DNA from: a bacterium
GTDB lineage: Bacteria; DRYD01
NCBI GenBank assembly: GCA_039630415.1
Contig: JBCNVB010000013.1
Coordinates: forward strand, 34,079 to 98,078
Direction of reading: 5' to 3'
DNA: 64,000 nucleotides
Both the position numbers and the translations under genes were made by a program. Below, one piece after another: positions 18,524 to 29,190 of the stretch; the first letter of the stretch is position 1; every line of letters starts with the position of its first letter. Below the pieces are notes generated by a model, which was given only the letters and a program-made list of their open reading frames with translations, had not been told where the DNA came from and did not search any database.

Positions 18524-19619
18524 GATATTTAAGGAATTCTAATGCTGAAATAGCACATCCTTTTAATTTTGTTGTTCCAGCCCTACCAACTAAAACTATA
18601 TATGGAGCTTTTCTTCCACACCTACAACCAAAACTAATAAAACCTACATCAGAAGAAATAACATTTGAGATCGTATAACTACTAGCGTAAGGAGTCATAA
18701 AAGAAAGTAAACCTATCTCTTCATAGCTATTGAATCCCCTTGTTAAAGGGTTAAAAGTCCTTACTCTTGAATATCTAGGTATATGCTTATTATCATACTC
18801 ACACTCTACGTATGGTATTCCATGTTCTACCATACCATATAAATCTCTTACCTGATTTATTCCTAAATACTCTTTCACTAGTTTCTTGAATTCAGTTACG
18901 GATATTTCTTGCTTATGTGTCTTCCATCCTCCACCTGGTAAAACTACTCCACAAAAATTGAACTTGAGATTTCTTTTTTGAAGTTCTTGAATAGTATAGT
19001 AAATATAAGCTGGAAAGCCAAGAATTCTCAATCCTAAACCACTATCCTGGAATTCTTGAAGCTTCTTAATTACTCCCTCAAGATCAAAGAAAAAGCTATC
19101 CCCTTTCTTTTTCAAAGCAAAAAATTTATCCCTCATTTTTGGTGCAAGTTCAGATAGTAAAACGTCAGAAAATGCAGTCCCTAAACTCAAATCCTCATAC
19201 GTGAAAAACAAATAATTATACTCATTCTCTAAATCAGTTAATCCATAATCCTGATAAACATTGAAAACTATCTTCTTTATTCTATTAAGGGTTATTTTAT
19301 CCAAAACCATTCTTGACGGTTTTTGGGTAGTACCCGACGAGAAAATCTCAACTTCAATATCCGAAATCAAAAAATCCGCTTCATACACAAACTCCTTTAA
19401 AACATAGACACTAATAAACAACCTATAATCCCATAAATCTTCTATGCTACTTATGCTTTGTATATCTTTTGTGAATGATTTAGCCTTTAGTAAACCTCTG
19501 TAGAAACTAGACCTTGAAATTTGATTAGATATGCATTCCTTCATACAATCAACAAACAAACTATCATTAAGGTAATCATAATCAAATGGGTTAGAATCAA
19601 TCAACCTGTCTACAAGCAT
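18498..19619 (-). CDS. LuxE-like acyl-protein synthetase
   Basis: SSGTT, GFPAY, GGGWK, DLYGMVEH, S.DVG, GRAG...KGC. Confidence 0.85.
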   Translation of the reverse strand: MLVDRLIDSNPFDYDYLNDSLFVDCMKECISNQISRSSFYRGLLKAKSFTKDIQSISSIEDLWDYRLFISVYVLKEFVYEADFLISDIEVEIFSSGTTQKPSRMVLDKITLNRIKKIVFNVYQDYGLTDLENEYNYLFFTYEDLSLGTAFSDVLLSELAPKMRDKFFALKKKGDSFFFDLEGVIKKLQEFQDSGLGLRILGFPAYIYYTIQELQKRNLKFNFCGVVLPGGGWKTHKQEISVTEFKKLVKEYLGINQVRDLYGMVEHGIPYVECEYDNKHIPRYSRVRTFNPLTRGFNSYEEIGLLSFMTPYASSYTISNVISSDVGFISFGCRCGRKAPYIVLVGRAGTTKLKGCAISALEFLKYHESLYQNR

Positions 19620-19622
19620 ATT

Positions 19623-20633
19623 TTATTTTCTTTTCTTTTTTTTCTTCTCGTTAGATTCCTGCTTTTTATTTGGATCATAATTTTGTGCTTCTTCTATTTT
19701 ACTCTTAGCAACCAAGCTATCTGGTAAAATTTTGAGTATTTCTTCATAGCATGAAATAGCCTTTTGTTTATCATTTTTTTTGTACAGAAAAATATCCCCC
19801 ATTCTCACTAAACTTATAAATCCCTGCCCTAATAGATTTGGATCGTACTTGTATGCTAAATCATACGTTTCTACAGCTTTATCTATTTCATTAACCTTTT
19901 CATAAGCATATGCAAGTTGGTAAATCATATCAGGATACTTTATATCGATATAATTTTTAAGCTTGGATATAGTTTGATTGTAATTACCCAGGGAATTCTG
20001 AATTTTACCAAAATACTCAAGAGCAATCGGATCATAACTCTTAACATTAAAGGCTCTGTTTAGCATTGAAATAGCTCTTTCATTTAACTTTTTTTCATAA
20101 TAGGCAATTCCCAATCCACTGTAAATACACGCCAAAGTAACTGGAAAAAATAGGCTCTTTCTAAAAGTATTTATAGCTTCATCCAAATAAGCCCCCCCAT
20201 TATTCGTAGAAAAATACAAAAATATATTCGAAAAACCCACTAGCGCAGTTAAATAATGATAATCCTTACTCGTTTCTATTACCTGATCTTTATTCGTAGC
20301 ATTATATCTTTGAACAAAGGAGATATAGGTACTATCAATGTTATTGATTGTTTCCTGAAGTTTATCCAACTGAAAAGAAGAAGCTAAATAAAAAATATAA
20401 GCTGTAGTATTGTCAATGTCCTGGGTTATAATACTATAACAGTACTTCATACATTCTTCAAAATTTTTCGAATAATACAGCTCAAATATTTTATTAGTCT
20501 TATATATTTCTTGCTGTACTTTTTGATCTAATTCACTAGCTCTCAATTGACTTGCTTCTGGAAATATTAAAATATAGAATGTAAAAAAAATCAAGAGAAT
20601 ATACTTAGTGCTTATTTTAAATAGCTTTAACAT
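19623..20633 (-). CDS. Exported TPR-repeat protein
   Basis: N-terminal signal/TM segment and several TPR motifs (LGIAYY...A...L.RA). Confidence 0.8.
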   Translation of the reverse strand: MLKLFKISTKYILLIFFTFYILIFPEASQLRASELDQKVQQEIYKTNKIFELYYSKNFEECMKYCYSIITQDIDNTTAYIFYLASSFQLDKLQETINNIDSTYISFVQRYNATNKDQVIETSKDYHYLTALVGFSNIFLYFSTNNGGAYLDEAINTFRKSLFFPVTLACIYSGLGIAYYEKKLNERAISMLNRAFNVKSYDPIALEYFGKIQNSLGNYNQTISKLKNYIDIKYPDMIYQLAYAYEKVNEIDKAVETYDLAYKYDPNLLGQGFISLVRMGDIFLYKKNDKQKAISCYEEILKILPDSLVAKSKIEEAQNYDPNKKQESNEKKKKKRK

Positions 20634-20671
20634 GCTTCACCCCCGAAGTTAAGCTCGTAATTCGAACAAAA

Positions 20672-21937
20672 TTAAAGATTTCCATATATATATGGTTTGA
20701 TGTAAGAAATTATTTGCCTTTTCCTTTGTATTTCATCATGTATATCCGAAAATATCGCTGAAACTGATTGCCTTTTTAAAAGAGTATACGAAGCTAACTC
20801 AGTCATAAATACATCGTATAACCTTCTGTTATACTCTCCTAAACTGCTTTTTCTAATCCTTCTTAATCTAAAATCTATTAATTCATCTAAAATTTGATAG
20901 GACAGAAAACCAGAGGATATATCATCTTGAAGAGACTGTCTAAGCAAATTTTTCTCAATATTGAGTGCAAAGAAGTAAAGAGCAATAAAAATAATAAACA
21001 TTACTGTGATTTGTATTGGAAACCACAAACATGCTATGTTGCCAAAATACATAACACCAACTGAGGCAACAAAGTTCCAAATAAAATGTGCTAAAACAGA
21101 AAGAAAATACCCCACAACTATATAGACAATCTTCAGGAAGAAATTAGGTGTAATGGTAGCTAATCCTACTGCAAAACCTGAAAAAACTGACATTAAGGGA
21201 TGACTCATAAATCCCAGTATCCATCTAGCAAGAACAAGAAAGAAAAATCCCTGCATAGCTCCACCCTGTATTGTAAAATTAGCACCATATAACAAATCTT
21301 CTACAATTTTGAACCCCAACGAAGAACAAAAAATATATACTATCCCATCAAGTGGACTGTTAAAAACAACTCTAAAGAAAATTATTATTACAGGTATAAT
21401 AAGTAACTTAAAGATTTCTTCAAAAACAGGAGCACTTATAATACTTGTTAGTATATCACCAACTCTTTCTCCAAATAGAGCACTAAAAATGTACTGATTA
21501 ATTTCATTGGCAAAGAGAGAAAATATGGTTGCCCCAAGAGCACCCCAAATAAACGAAAATACAACTAAACTCCAAGGCTCTTTTTCATATATATCTATTT
21601 GCCTTATTAATATTAAAAGTATGATACTTACAGTTATAGAAATACCTGCCGCTAATAAACCTAATACTAAACCCAAAAAACCACCACTACTATACCCACG
21701 CAACATCAAAAGACTAAAACACATACCACTTATTAAAAAAATAAAAGAAAAAAGCACACACACTATTAGTAACCTTGTAATAAAAGTTTGCTTACTTGAT
21801 AAGCTGTTTATCTCTCGTAATACATCGGACGAAGGAGGAGGTGCAATTTTAGCCTCACTCGATCCTAATAAACTACCACAGTTAGGACAAAAAACATACT
21901 CATTTTTTACATAACCCCCGCAATTATAACATTTCAT
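20672..21937 (-). CDS. PrsW-family intramembrane glutamic protease with N-terminal zinc ribbon
   Basis: CYNC..FCPNCG, D.YEKEP, APVFEEIFK, GF..VEDLLY, H..WN. Confidence 0.88.
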   Translation of the reverse strand: MKCYNCGGYVKNEYVFCPNCGSLLGSSEAKIAPPPSSDVLREINSLSSKQTFITRLLIVCVLFSFIFLISGMCFSLLMLRGYSSGGFLGLVLGLLAAGISITVSIILLILIRQIDIYEKEPWSLVVFSFIWGALGATIFSLFANEINQYIFSALFGERVGDILTSIISAPVFEEIFKLLIIPVIIIFFRVVFNSPLDGIVYIFCSSLGFKIVEDLLYGANFTIQGGAMQGFFFLVLARWILGFMSHPLMSVFSGFAVGLATITPNFFLKIVYIVVGYFLSVLAHFIWNFVASVGVMYFGNIACLWFPIQITVMFIIFIALYFFALNIEKNLLRQSLQDDISSGFLSYQILDELIDFRLRRIRKSSLGEYNRRLYDVFMTELASYTLLKRQSVSAIFSDIHDEIQRKRQIISYIKPYIYGNL

Positions 21938-21940
21938 ACT

Positions 21941-23077
21941 CTACTCGGTAAATAGTATCTTCCTTCTTCTGGTTAAAGGAGGTAAATCTTCTATATCAAT
22001 ACTGAAAGTAGGTTTTGTATCTGAAAATCCAAATAATGAATCTTTTTTACTGTCTACTTTAGTTGGAGTCTCTGGAAATTCAGTAGCTATCAAAATTACC
22101 TTTACTTCATCTTTTAGATTTTCATCTAAAGTAGCTCCAAAAATTATTCTAGCTTCTGGATCAACTGCTTGATGAATTATGTTAGAAGCCTTTTGTATCT
22201 CGGTTAGTGTTAAATCACTTCCTCCAATAACGTTAAAAAGTACTCTTTTGGCTCCTTCTACCTTCATTTCAAGTAAGGGACTTTCTACTGCTTTTAATGC
22301 TGCTTCTTCAGCTCTATTTACTCCTTTAGATGTACCAATACCCATCCAGCAACTACCAGAATCCTTTAATATCGACTGAATATCTGCAAAATCTATATTG
22401 ATTAACCCTGGCTTTAAAATTATTTCAGTAATTCCTACTACTCCATGCTTTATTACAGTATCTGCTAGTTTGAAAGAATCTATTAAGGTAGTATTTTCTT
22501 CAGCTATGGAGAATAACTTATCATTAGGGATAATTACCATCGCATCTAAGTTTGGTTTGAGATTATTAATACCTTCTTCCGCTATTATTTTTCGTATTTT
22601 ACCTTCAAAAGAGAAGGGTTTGGTTATGATAGCTACTGTAAGTATTCCCATTTCTTTAGATACTGCTGCGATTATGGGACTTGCACCGGTACCCGTTCCT
22701 CCTCCCATACCGGCAGTTATAAATACCATATCCGCACCACTTATCACTTTTCTTATTTCTTCTATACTTTCTTCTGCAGCTTTTCTACCTAGTTCAGTAT
22801 CTGAACCTGCTCCTAGACCCTTCGTAGTATTTTTACCTATGTGTAGTTTATATATATTTTCGGGTAAATTTAGAAGAGCTTGAGCATCTGTATTTATAGC
22901 AATAAAATCGACACCCTTTATATTGTCTTGTACCAATCTACTTACAGCGTTACATCCTCCCCCTCCTACTCCTATTACCTTTATATTTGTAAATCTTATA
23001 TCTTCGGGGTTTATTTTCTTTCTTTCAATTTTTTCCCCTTTTTCGAAGGATTTATTCTCTATTCTTTCTTTATCCAT
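21941..23077 (-). CDS. ftsZ: Cell division protein FtsZ
   Basis: GVGGGGCNAV, NTD, GMGGGTGTG, PFSFEG, NIDFAD. Confidence 0.98.
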   Translation of the reverse strand: MDKERIENKSFEKGEKIERKKINPEDIRFTNIKVIGVGGGGCNAVSRLVQDNIKGVDFIAINTDAQALLNLPENIYKLHIGKNTTKGLGAGSDTELGRKAAEESIEEIRKVISGADMVFITAGMGGGTGTGASPIIAAVSKEMGILTVAIITKPFSFEGKIRKIIAEEGINNLKPNLDAMVIIPNDKLFSIAEENTTLIDSFKLADTVIKHGVVGITEIILKPGLINIDFADIQSILKDSGSCWMGIGTSKGVNRAEEAALKAVESPLLEMKVEGAKRVLFNVIGGSDLTLTEIQKASNIIHQAVDPEARIIFGATLDENLKDEVKVILIATEFPETPTKVDSKKDSLFGFSDTKPTFSIDIEDLPPLTRRRKILFTE

Positions 23078-23078
23078 C

Positions 23079-24020
23079 TTACACCCCTCTTACTTGCATT
23101 AGTTGATCTATTTTATCCATACCTTTCATTAGTTCTCCTAATCCTTTGTAGTGTTGAGCTATTGTGTAGGGGTCGCTATAGTAGGTTGTAGCAGCTACAA
23201 TAGCTTTAGCTACTTTTAAAGGATTCGAGGATTTGAATATACCAGATCCTACAAATATTCCATCAACTCCGAGTTGCATAGCTAAAGAAGCATCTGCTGG
23301 TGTTGCTATTCCTCCTGCTGCAAAATTTACGACGGGAAGTCTACCTAGTTGAGCAGTCATCTTAACTAACTCAAGTGGAGCTTGTAATTCTTTTGCTTTG
23401 GAATACAGTTCATCTTCATTGAGATTTTGTAGTTCCTTGATTTGCTTATTTATGGTTCTGATATGTTTTACAGCTTCCACCACATTACCTGTACCTGCTT
23501 CTCCTTTGGTTCTAATCATAGCAGCTCCTTCAGCTATTCTTCTTAGTGCTTCACCTAAATCTCTAGCTCCACATACAAAAGGAACGGTGAATTTATGTTT
23601 ATTTATATGATTATCATAGTCTGCAGGTGTAAGTACTTCACTTTCATCTATAAAATCTACGCCAATACTTTCGAGTATTTGTGCTTCTGCGAAATGTCCT
23701 ATTCTTACTTTTGCCATTACGGGTATTGATACAGCTTCCATTATTTTGAGGATAAGTTCTGGGTCTGACATTCTAGCAACTCCACCTTGTGCTCTAATAT
23801 CTGCGGGTATTCTTTCAAGAGCCATTACTGCTACAGCTCCTGCTTCTTCTGCTATTTTTGCCTGTTCTACTGAACTAACATCCATTATAACTCCACCCTT
23901 TAACATCTGGGCTAATCCACTTTTTACTATCCAAGAACCATAATTTTTTCTACCTATTTCCTCCTTACCAAAAGGCTTATCCCATATCGGTATAAACATT
24001 TCTATATACCTCCTATCCAC
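23079..24020 (-). CDS. pdxS: PLP synthase lyase subunit
   Basis: [41 protein letters not shown]. Start is probably the ATG at 23999. Confidence 0.97.
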   Translation of the reverse strand: MDRRYIEMFIPIWDKPFGKEEIGRKNYGSWIVKSGLAQMLKGGVIMDVSSVEQAKIAEEAGAVAVMALERIPADIRAQGGVARMSDPELILKIMEAVSIPVMAKVRIGHFAEAQILESIGVDFIDESEVLTPADYDNHINKHKFTVPFVCGARDLGEALRRIAEGAAMIRTKGEAGTGNVVEAVKHIRTINKQIKELQNLNEDELYSKAKELQAPLELVKMTAQLGRLPVVNFAAGGIATPADASLAMQLGVDGIFVGSGIFKSSNPLKVAKAIVAATTYYSDPYTIAQHYKGLGELMKGMDKIDQLMQVRGV

Positions 24021-24817
24021 CTATATATGTTTAGGCTTATTTCTCCTATAATGTTATTTACCAGATCTCTACTTACCTGCTTGGAGAAACTTGTTAGTAT
24101 TGTAACTACATAAAAATTACCTTTTTCTATCGCTTTTTCTATATTGCTTTCTAAAAAAACAATTCCACTATCATGAGATATACCACTTATGTCACCTGTT
24201 TTATTTGCAACCAAGACGTCTTTTAAAAACAGGGGTATTTTCTCTCTATACTGCTGCTTTAATAGAATATCGATAAACATCAAACTATAGTGTTTGCTAA
24301 GTATTTCATAATTTAAGAGTTTACATAATAATAAATTCATCTCGCTAGCTGTAACGAAATTTACGGGAGGGTTTACTAAATCAACCATAAATTTCCTATT
24401 TAAACATGTATTTACCAATCCATAGGAATGAATAAAACTATTGATTTCTTCAAAAGAGCAAAGATTTATAAGAGTATTGCTAGCAGTATTATCGGAAACT
24501 ATTAAAGCTAAAGTTATCAAATCTCTTATTGAATAAGCCTTAATAGTTAGATCTTTAACTATACCTGAGCCACCAACTTTTTGATCTATATCTATCACTT
24601 GATCGAGTTCAAGTTTATTATCTTGAACTTTTTTGAGTATGAGTAAGCAGAGGGGAATTTTTACGATGCTTGCTGCTGGAAAAACCATGCCCTCGTTAAA
24701 TGAAAAAACATTATTACCTTTATAGCTAACACATATACCTAGTTGCAAAGGCAAGTTTTTAATGAACTCTGGTATTATATTCTTTGGTGTTATATTTTCA
24801 GCTATTTTTTCACTCAT
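24002..24817 (-). CDS. Serine hydrolase, class A beta-lactamase-like fold, cytoplasmic
   Basis: SxxK (ASIVK), SDN, KTG and HD motifs; no signal peptide. Confidence 0.85.
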   Translation of the reverse strand: MSEKIAENITPKNIIPEFIKNLPLQLGICVSYKGNNVFSFNEGMVFPAASIVKIPLCLLILKKVQDNKLELDQVIDIDQKVGGSGIVKDLTIKAYSIRDLITLALIVSDNTASNTLINLCSFEEINSFIHSYGLVNTCLNRKFMVDLVNPPVNFVTASEMNLLLCKLLNYEILSKHYSLMFIDILLKQQYREKIPLFLKDVLVANKTGDISGISHDSGIVFLESNIEKAIEKGNFYVVTILTSFSKQVSRDLVNNIIGEISLNIYRWIGGI

Positions 24818-26108
24818 CCAGCTCGAATAAATCTATTGTATGATTCAAAGCTTCTTCAAATTTATTTACGACGTAGTCTATTTGTTCATAGGAGATTGTA
24901 TAAGGTGGCTCTATTCTTACCACTTTGGGTTGATTTAGCGTGTAAGCCGTTATCACCTTGTTTTGTATTAGGTAAGAGAAGATAGATGAAGCATAATATT
25001 CTTCGTGTAGTTCTACACCTATCATTAAGCCTCTTCCTCTTACTTGTTTGACTATCTTGGAGTTGGAGATTTGATTTAATTTTTCTAAGAAGTAATCTCC
25101 TTTTTGCTTTGCTTGTAGAGGTATGTTATTTTGAAGGATGAATATGATTGTGTGTATACAAGCTGTTAGTGCCAATGGATTAGCTCCGAATGTTGATGTA
25201 TGAAAGAGTGGATTTTGATTAAAAACTTCCCAAGCTTTGGGATTACTTACTATTGCTCCTATGGGTATTACTCCTCCTCCAAGTGCTTTGGCTAATACTA
25301 GTATATCTGGTTTTATCCCATATCTTTGATGTTCAAAAAGAATTCCTGTTCTTCCGAGCCCTGTTTGTACTTCATCTATGATAAGTAAACAGCCTTGTTC
25401 ATCACATATTTTTCTTAACTTTGGTAGGTAGTCATCTGGGGGTATAATTATTCCTCCTTCTCCCTGGATAGGTTCAACTATGACTGCGGCTGTTTTTGCA
25501 TCTATTACCTTTTCAATTTGATCTATTTTACCGTATTCTACGAAGGATACTTCTAGTAGATTGGGTAGATCTTTTTTGTATACATCTCTACCTGAGACGC
25601 TCAGAGCTCCGAGGGTTTTACCATGGTAAGAGTTAGTAGTTGAAATTATTTTTGTTCTTTTGGTTGATGCAAGAGCAAGTTTAACAGCTCCTTCTACCGC
25701 TTCAGCACCTGAGTTACAAAAAAACACGTACTTTAGACCAGTAATTTGACTAATTAAGTATGCTGCAGCTGCATGTAATGAACTGAGAAATACTTTACTT
25801 GGCATGCATTGTTTAGTCATTTGTTCTCTGACTTTTTCTAAAACATACTCGTTGTTGTGACCCAACAAAATTGCTCCGTATAGCCCTAAACAATCTATAT
25901 ACTCTTCAGTATTTTCGCCACTTTGAGCATATATTATTTCACTCTTTGCATGTGACTCTAACTTAGCATACCCTGCTAACCTTATTAACTTTGTTAGACT
26001 GGGATTGATATGATCTTGATATACTGATGATATGAAATCTACATCTTTTGATTCCAATATTTCTTGGGTTTTACTTATAATGTCCTGTATTTGTAGCTCT
26101 TGTATCAT
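24810..26108 (-). CDS. Class III PLP aminotransferase (putrescine/acetylornithine type)
   Basis: NSGAEAVE, YHGKT, EPIQGEGG, DEVQTG.GRTG, AKALGGG, RGRGLM. Confidence 0.9.
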   Translation of the reverse strand: MIQELQIQDIISKTQEILESKDVDFISSVYQDHINPSLTKLIRLAGYAKLESHAKSEIIYAQSGENTEEYIDCLGLYGAILLGHNNEYVLEKVREQMTKQCMPSKVFLSSLHAAAAYLISQITGLKYVFFCNSGAEAVEGAVKLALASTKRTKIISTTNSYHGKTLGALSVSGRDVYKKDLPNLLEVSFVEYGKIDQIEKVIDAKTAAVIVEPIQGEGGIIIPPDDYLPKLRKICDEQGCLLIIDEVQTGLGRTGILFEHQRYGIKPDILVLAKALGGGVIPIGAIVSNPKAWEVFNQNPLFHTSTFGANPLALTACIHTIIFILQNNIPLQAKQKGDYFLEKLNQISNSKIVKQVRGRGLMIGVELHEEYYASSIFSYLIQNKVITAYTLNQPKVVRIEPPYTISYEQIDYVVNKFEEALNHTIDLFELDE

Positions 26109-26125
26109 AATCTATCCTTCTATTT

Positions 26126-26596
26126 CTAACCTTCTATTTCTAATTCGAAAGAGGCTTTTACTCCGCCTGGAAGGTTTAGGTTTATATTGTATATACCTGT
26201 AGATTTTATTGGTTTTTCTAGTTCTATTGAATGTTTGTCTATTTTCAAATTGAGTTTTTGCTGATTTAATTTTTCTTCTAGGATTTGAGATATTTTGTCT
26301 TTGGTTATTGCTTGGTATAGTTTACCATCTTTACCTACGGGTAGATTTATTTTTATTCTTTGGTTATCCAGGATTTCTTTTATTTTGATGGAATTTTGTT
26401 TTTGCTTTTCTATTTTTCTGGCTATTACTTTTTGTTGTTCTTGGATAGTTTTGAGTATGCCTGGTGATAGTGAGGTTGCTATTTTTTGAGGTATGAGGTA
26501 GTTGCGTGCATAACCTGGTTTTACCTTTACGATTTGACCTGCTTTACCGAGGTTATAGTAATCTTTAAGGAGTAACACTTCTACTGCTTTTGCCAT
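26126..26596 (-). CDS. rplI: 50S ribosomal protein L9
   Basis: LGKAGQIVKVKPGYARNYLIP, GKLY, PIKS.G.Y. Confidence 0.95.
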   Translation of the reverse strand: MAKAVEVLLLKDYYNLGKAGQIVKVKPGYARNYLIPQKIATSLSPGILKTIQEQQKVIARKIEKQKQNSIKIKEILDNQRIKINLPVGKDGKLYQAITKDKISQILEEKLNQQKLNLKIDKHSIELEKPIKSTGIYNINLNLPGGVKASFELEIEG

Positions 26597-26612
26597 ATTT
26601 AACTACCTCCTT

Positions 26613-27713
26613 TTATAGTCTTTCTCTGTATATTTCTTCGATGTTAGGAGTTGCTATTAAAGCGGAGATTAGTTTTATAGTGTTTTTTATATCTGTTAGT
26701 GAGCAGATTTGGTAGGGGGTATGGATATATCTTGCAGGTACTGAAATTATGATTACGTTTCCTATGTCTTGTAGTGCTCCTGCATCCGTACTTCCTACAT
26801 TTGGTTTTTTGAATTGGATTGGTATGTTGTTTAAAGCTGCTATTTCTTTTACGATTTGCAGTAACCTGGGGTTAGTTATATATGTTTTGTCCATAATTGT
26901 GATGACCGGTCCTTTGCCTAATTGTGATACATGTTGTTTAGAGAAGGGAGTTTCCGCTGAAGTTGTTTCTATTACTATTATTAGGTCGAATTGGGAATTA
27001 TTTTGAGCAAAAAACTTTGAACCTCTTAATCCTAATTCTTCTTGAACCAGAAAAGCATGAAACACATCAACTTGTGAATCTACATACTTAAGAACATGAT
27101 AATTAACATAGGTTCCTATTCTATTGTCAAATGCTTTACCCACGATCGTTGAGTTTGACATTATCTCTACCTGACTATCTGGTACGATATAATCCCCAAC
27201 TTGTACATACTCAAAATTATCTGAGACATCTACAAAAAGATCGGATATATTTTTACCTATACTGACATTTGATAGGTGTGGGGGTACTGAACTAAATACT
27301 CCTTTAATATAACCGTACTGAGTTTTTATTAATACTTTTGTAGAGGGAAGGATATCTACTGACCAGCTACCTAATGGTTCTACCTTTAGATAACTGGGTT
27401 CTATTTTTTCAGCTACTATAAAACCTATCTCATCAACGTGAGAAGCTATTAGAACTCTAAAATCGGTTTTGTCTATATCTTTTATAAATGTCAAGTTGCC
27501 TTTTTTATCAAATATGGAGGGAATATTTAGTTCTTGTGTTTTGGAAAGTATGATAGACATTATTTCTTCTTCGTTACTGGAGGGTCCAAACCCGTTGCAT
27601 AGTTCTATTAATGTATCCAGTTCTAGAAGTATATCCTGGTCGGTAGTTTGTTGATTCATAATGTTTGGATTTTCTTGGGTTTCTATGTTTTTTTCTTCCA
27701 TTTTGTCTTTCAT
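26613..27713 (-). CDS. M42 family metallo-aminopeptidase (TET-like)
   Basis: SHVDEIG, GKAFDNRIG, VQEELGLRG, GSTDAG, RYIHTP. Confidence 0.92.
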   Translation of the reverse strand: MKDKMEEKNIETQENPNIMNQQTTDQDILLELDTLIELCNGFGPSSNEEEIMSIILSKTQELNIPSIFDKKGNLTFIKDIDKTDFRVLIASHVDEIGFIVAEKIEPSYLKVEPLGSWSVDILPSTKVLIKTQYGYIKGVFSSVPPHLSNVSIGKNISDLFVDVSDNFEYVQVGDYIVPDSQVEIMSNSTIVGKAFDNRIGTYVNYHVLKYVDSQVDVFHAFLVQEELGLRGSKFFAQNNSQFDLIIVIETTSAETPFSKQHVSQLGKGPVITIMDKTYITNPRLLQIVKEIAALNNIPIQFKKPNVGSTDAGALQDIGNVIIISVPARYIHTPYQICSLTDIKNTIKLISALIATPNIEEIYRERL

Positions 27714-27752
27714 GTCTATCCCCTCTTTTACATGTTTTGAAATTAGCTTATT

Positions 27753-28433
27753 TTAAAATTTGAATGATTGATTATTGGGGTAGGATTTTTCTTTTATGTC
27801 AAACCAGTAGTACATATCTATTTTGATTTCTTTGATTTTATTTGTTTTGGTGTTTAGAAAATCGAAGATTATATTTTGGTTTTGGTTGTAGCATAGAATT
27901 AGTTCATAGTCTTGATTTATATTTCCGAAAGCTTTTATGTAGTCGAGATAACTTTTGTATTCTATTTTCTTTGCTTCTCCTATTTTAGTTAGTAAGTAAG
28001 CTACATTATCCTCTAATGCTACGATTAGTCCTCTAAGTTCTATATCTAAGAATTTGTAGAAATTGACTGTGGAGTAGTCAAATAGGTACATTATCTGATT
28101 GGGTTTATAGATATGGGCTAATGATCCTAGGGGAATTTGTTTTTTGGGACTTTTGGGTTTTTGGTAAGGGGGAATATATACACTGTTAAACTCTTTGTCT
28201 TTTAGATTATACAATTCTTGTTGTACTTGATAGCTTGGGTATTCAAATTCGTAAATAGTATAGTTTTTGTAATCAGTTATTATTTGTCTATCTTCAAAGA
28301 GTATGTATGAAATATATGATTTTATTTGTTGGTTGAAGTGATTGAAGGCTATGGTGTAGCTGTATGCTGGTGCTAGTAAAATAAGAATAAGTATTATTGA
28401 TAGTAAAACTAAAAAAGTTACACTACGAGCCAT
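27753..28433 (-). CDS. Hypothetical exported protein
   Basis: 226-aa ORF with a Sec-type signal peptide. Confidence 0.6.
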   Translation of the reverse strand: MARSVTFLVLLSIILILILLAPAYSYTIAFNHFNQQIKSYISYILFEDRQIITDYKNYTIYEFEYPSYQVQQELYNLKDKEFNSVYIPPYQKPKSPKKQIPLGSLAHIYKPNQIMYLFDYSTVNFYKFLDIELRGLIVALEDNVAYLLTKIGEAKKIEYKSYLDYIKAFGNINQDYELILCYNQNQNIIFDFLNTKTNKIKEIKIDMYYWFDIKEKSYPNNQSFKF

Positions 28434-28491
28434 ATGATAGAAATTCTCTAATATTTACATACAGTCCTTTTTTGTAGGGTTGTAAATAGTT

Positions 28492-29187
28492 ATGAAGAAT
28501 TCTAAAAACAATAAGGAGGAATTAAAGAGTATGAAAATAGTATCTTTTTTTCATCTGCTAAAGCTTGATAAACCTAAATACGCATATATTGATAGTCTGT
28601 ATGAAGATATTAAACAATATAATCTTGATGTAAAGAACTCTTTTTGGTTTTATCAGGTATTTCCTTTGCACAGTGCTGATATACTTATTTGGAGTAGTTT
28701 TGACTTTGAAAATGAGGATAAACTAAACTACATTTTATCTTTCTTAGCTAATTTGTTTTATAGAAATACGTTGCATGTTGTAGATGTTTTATGGGGTTTT
28801 ACTAAGCCATCAATTTATACTAAAACTCAAAAATCTCCTCAAGAAATTGATCCATTTTCGAATGAAAGAAAAACGTACCTTATCGTGTATCCGTTTGTAA
28901 AAACTGCCGAATGGTATTTGCTAAAAAAGGATACTAGACAAGGAATGATGAATGAACACATCAGAATTGGTAGACAATACCCATCTATATTACAGCTACT
29001 CCTGTACTGTTTTGGATTGTCTAATCATGAATTTATCGTCAGTTATGAAACTAACTCACTAACTCAGTTTGAAGAATTAGTTCAGGAATTGAGATCTTCT
29101 GATGCGAGAAAATATACCCTTAGAGATACACCTATTTACATAGCCATACATAGAAACATAGAAGATTTTAAAAATATACTTTTATAA
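28492..29187 (+). CDS. Chlorite dismutase / coproheme decarboxylase (ChdC/HemQ) family protein
   Basis: YPFVK..EWYLL, R..MM.EH..IG, FG....EFIV, LR..ARKY...DTP. Confidence 0.85.
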   Translation: MKNSKNNKEELKSMKIVSFFHLLKLDKPKYAYIDSLYEDIKQYNLDVKNSFWFYQVFPLHSADILIWSSFDFENEDKLNYILSFLANLFYRNTLHVVDVLWGFTKPSIYTKTQKSPQEIDPFSNERKTYLIVYPFVKTAEWYLLKKDTRQGMMNEHIRIGRQYPSILQLLLYCFGLSNHEFIVSYETNSLTQFEELVQELRSSDARKYTLRDTPIYIAIHRNIEDFKNILL

Positions 29188-29190
29188 ACT

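Noticed and set aside
18498-19619. Bioluminescence locus
   Set aside because: No luxAB, luxC or luxD in the window.
21309-23943. Many short opposite-strand ORFs (also 6321-6656, 56271-56759, 58948-59343)
   Set aside because: They are shadow frames of well-supported genes, with no SD or recognisable motifs.
24002-24817. Beta-lactam resistance gene
   Set aside because: No signal peptide and a housekeeping context; a generic class A-like serine hydrolase is more likely.
28492-29187. Chlorate or perchlorate respiration
   Set aside because: Cytoplasmic Cld-superfamily protein with no reductase genes nearby; coproheme decarboxylase is the simpler reading.
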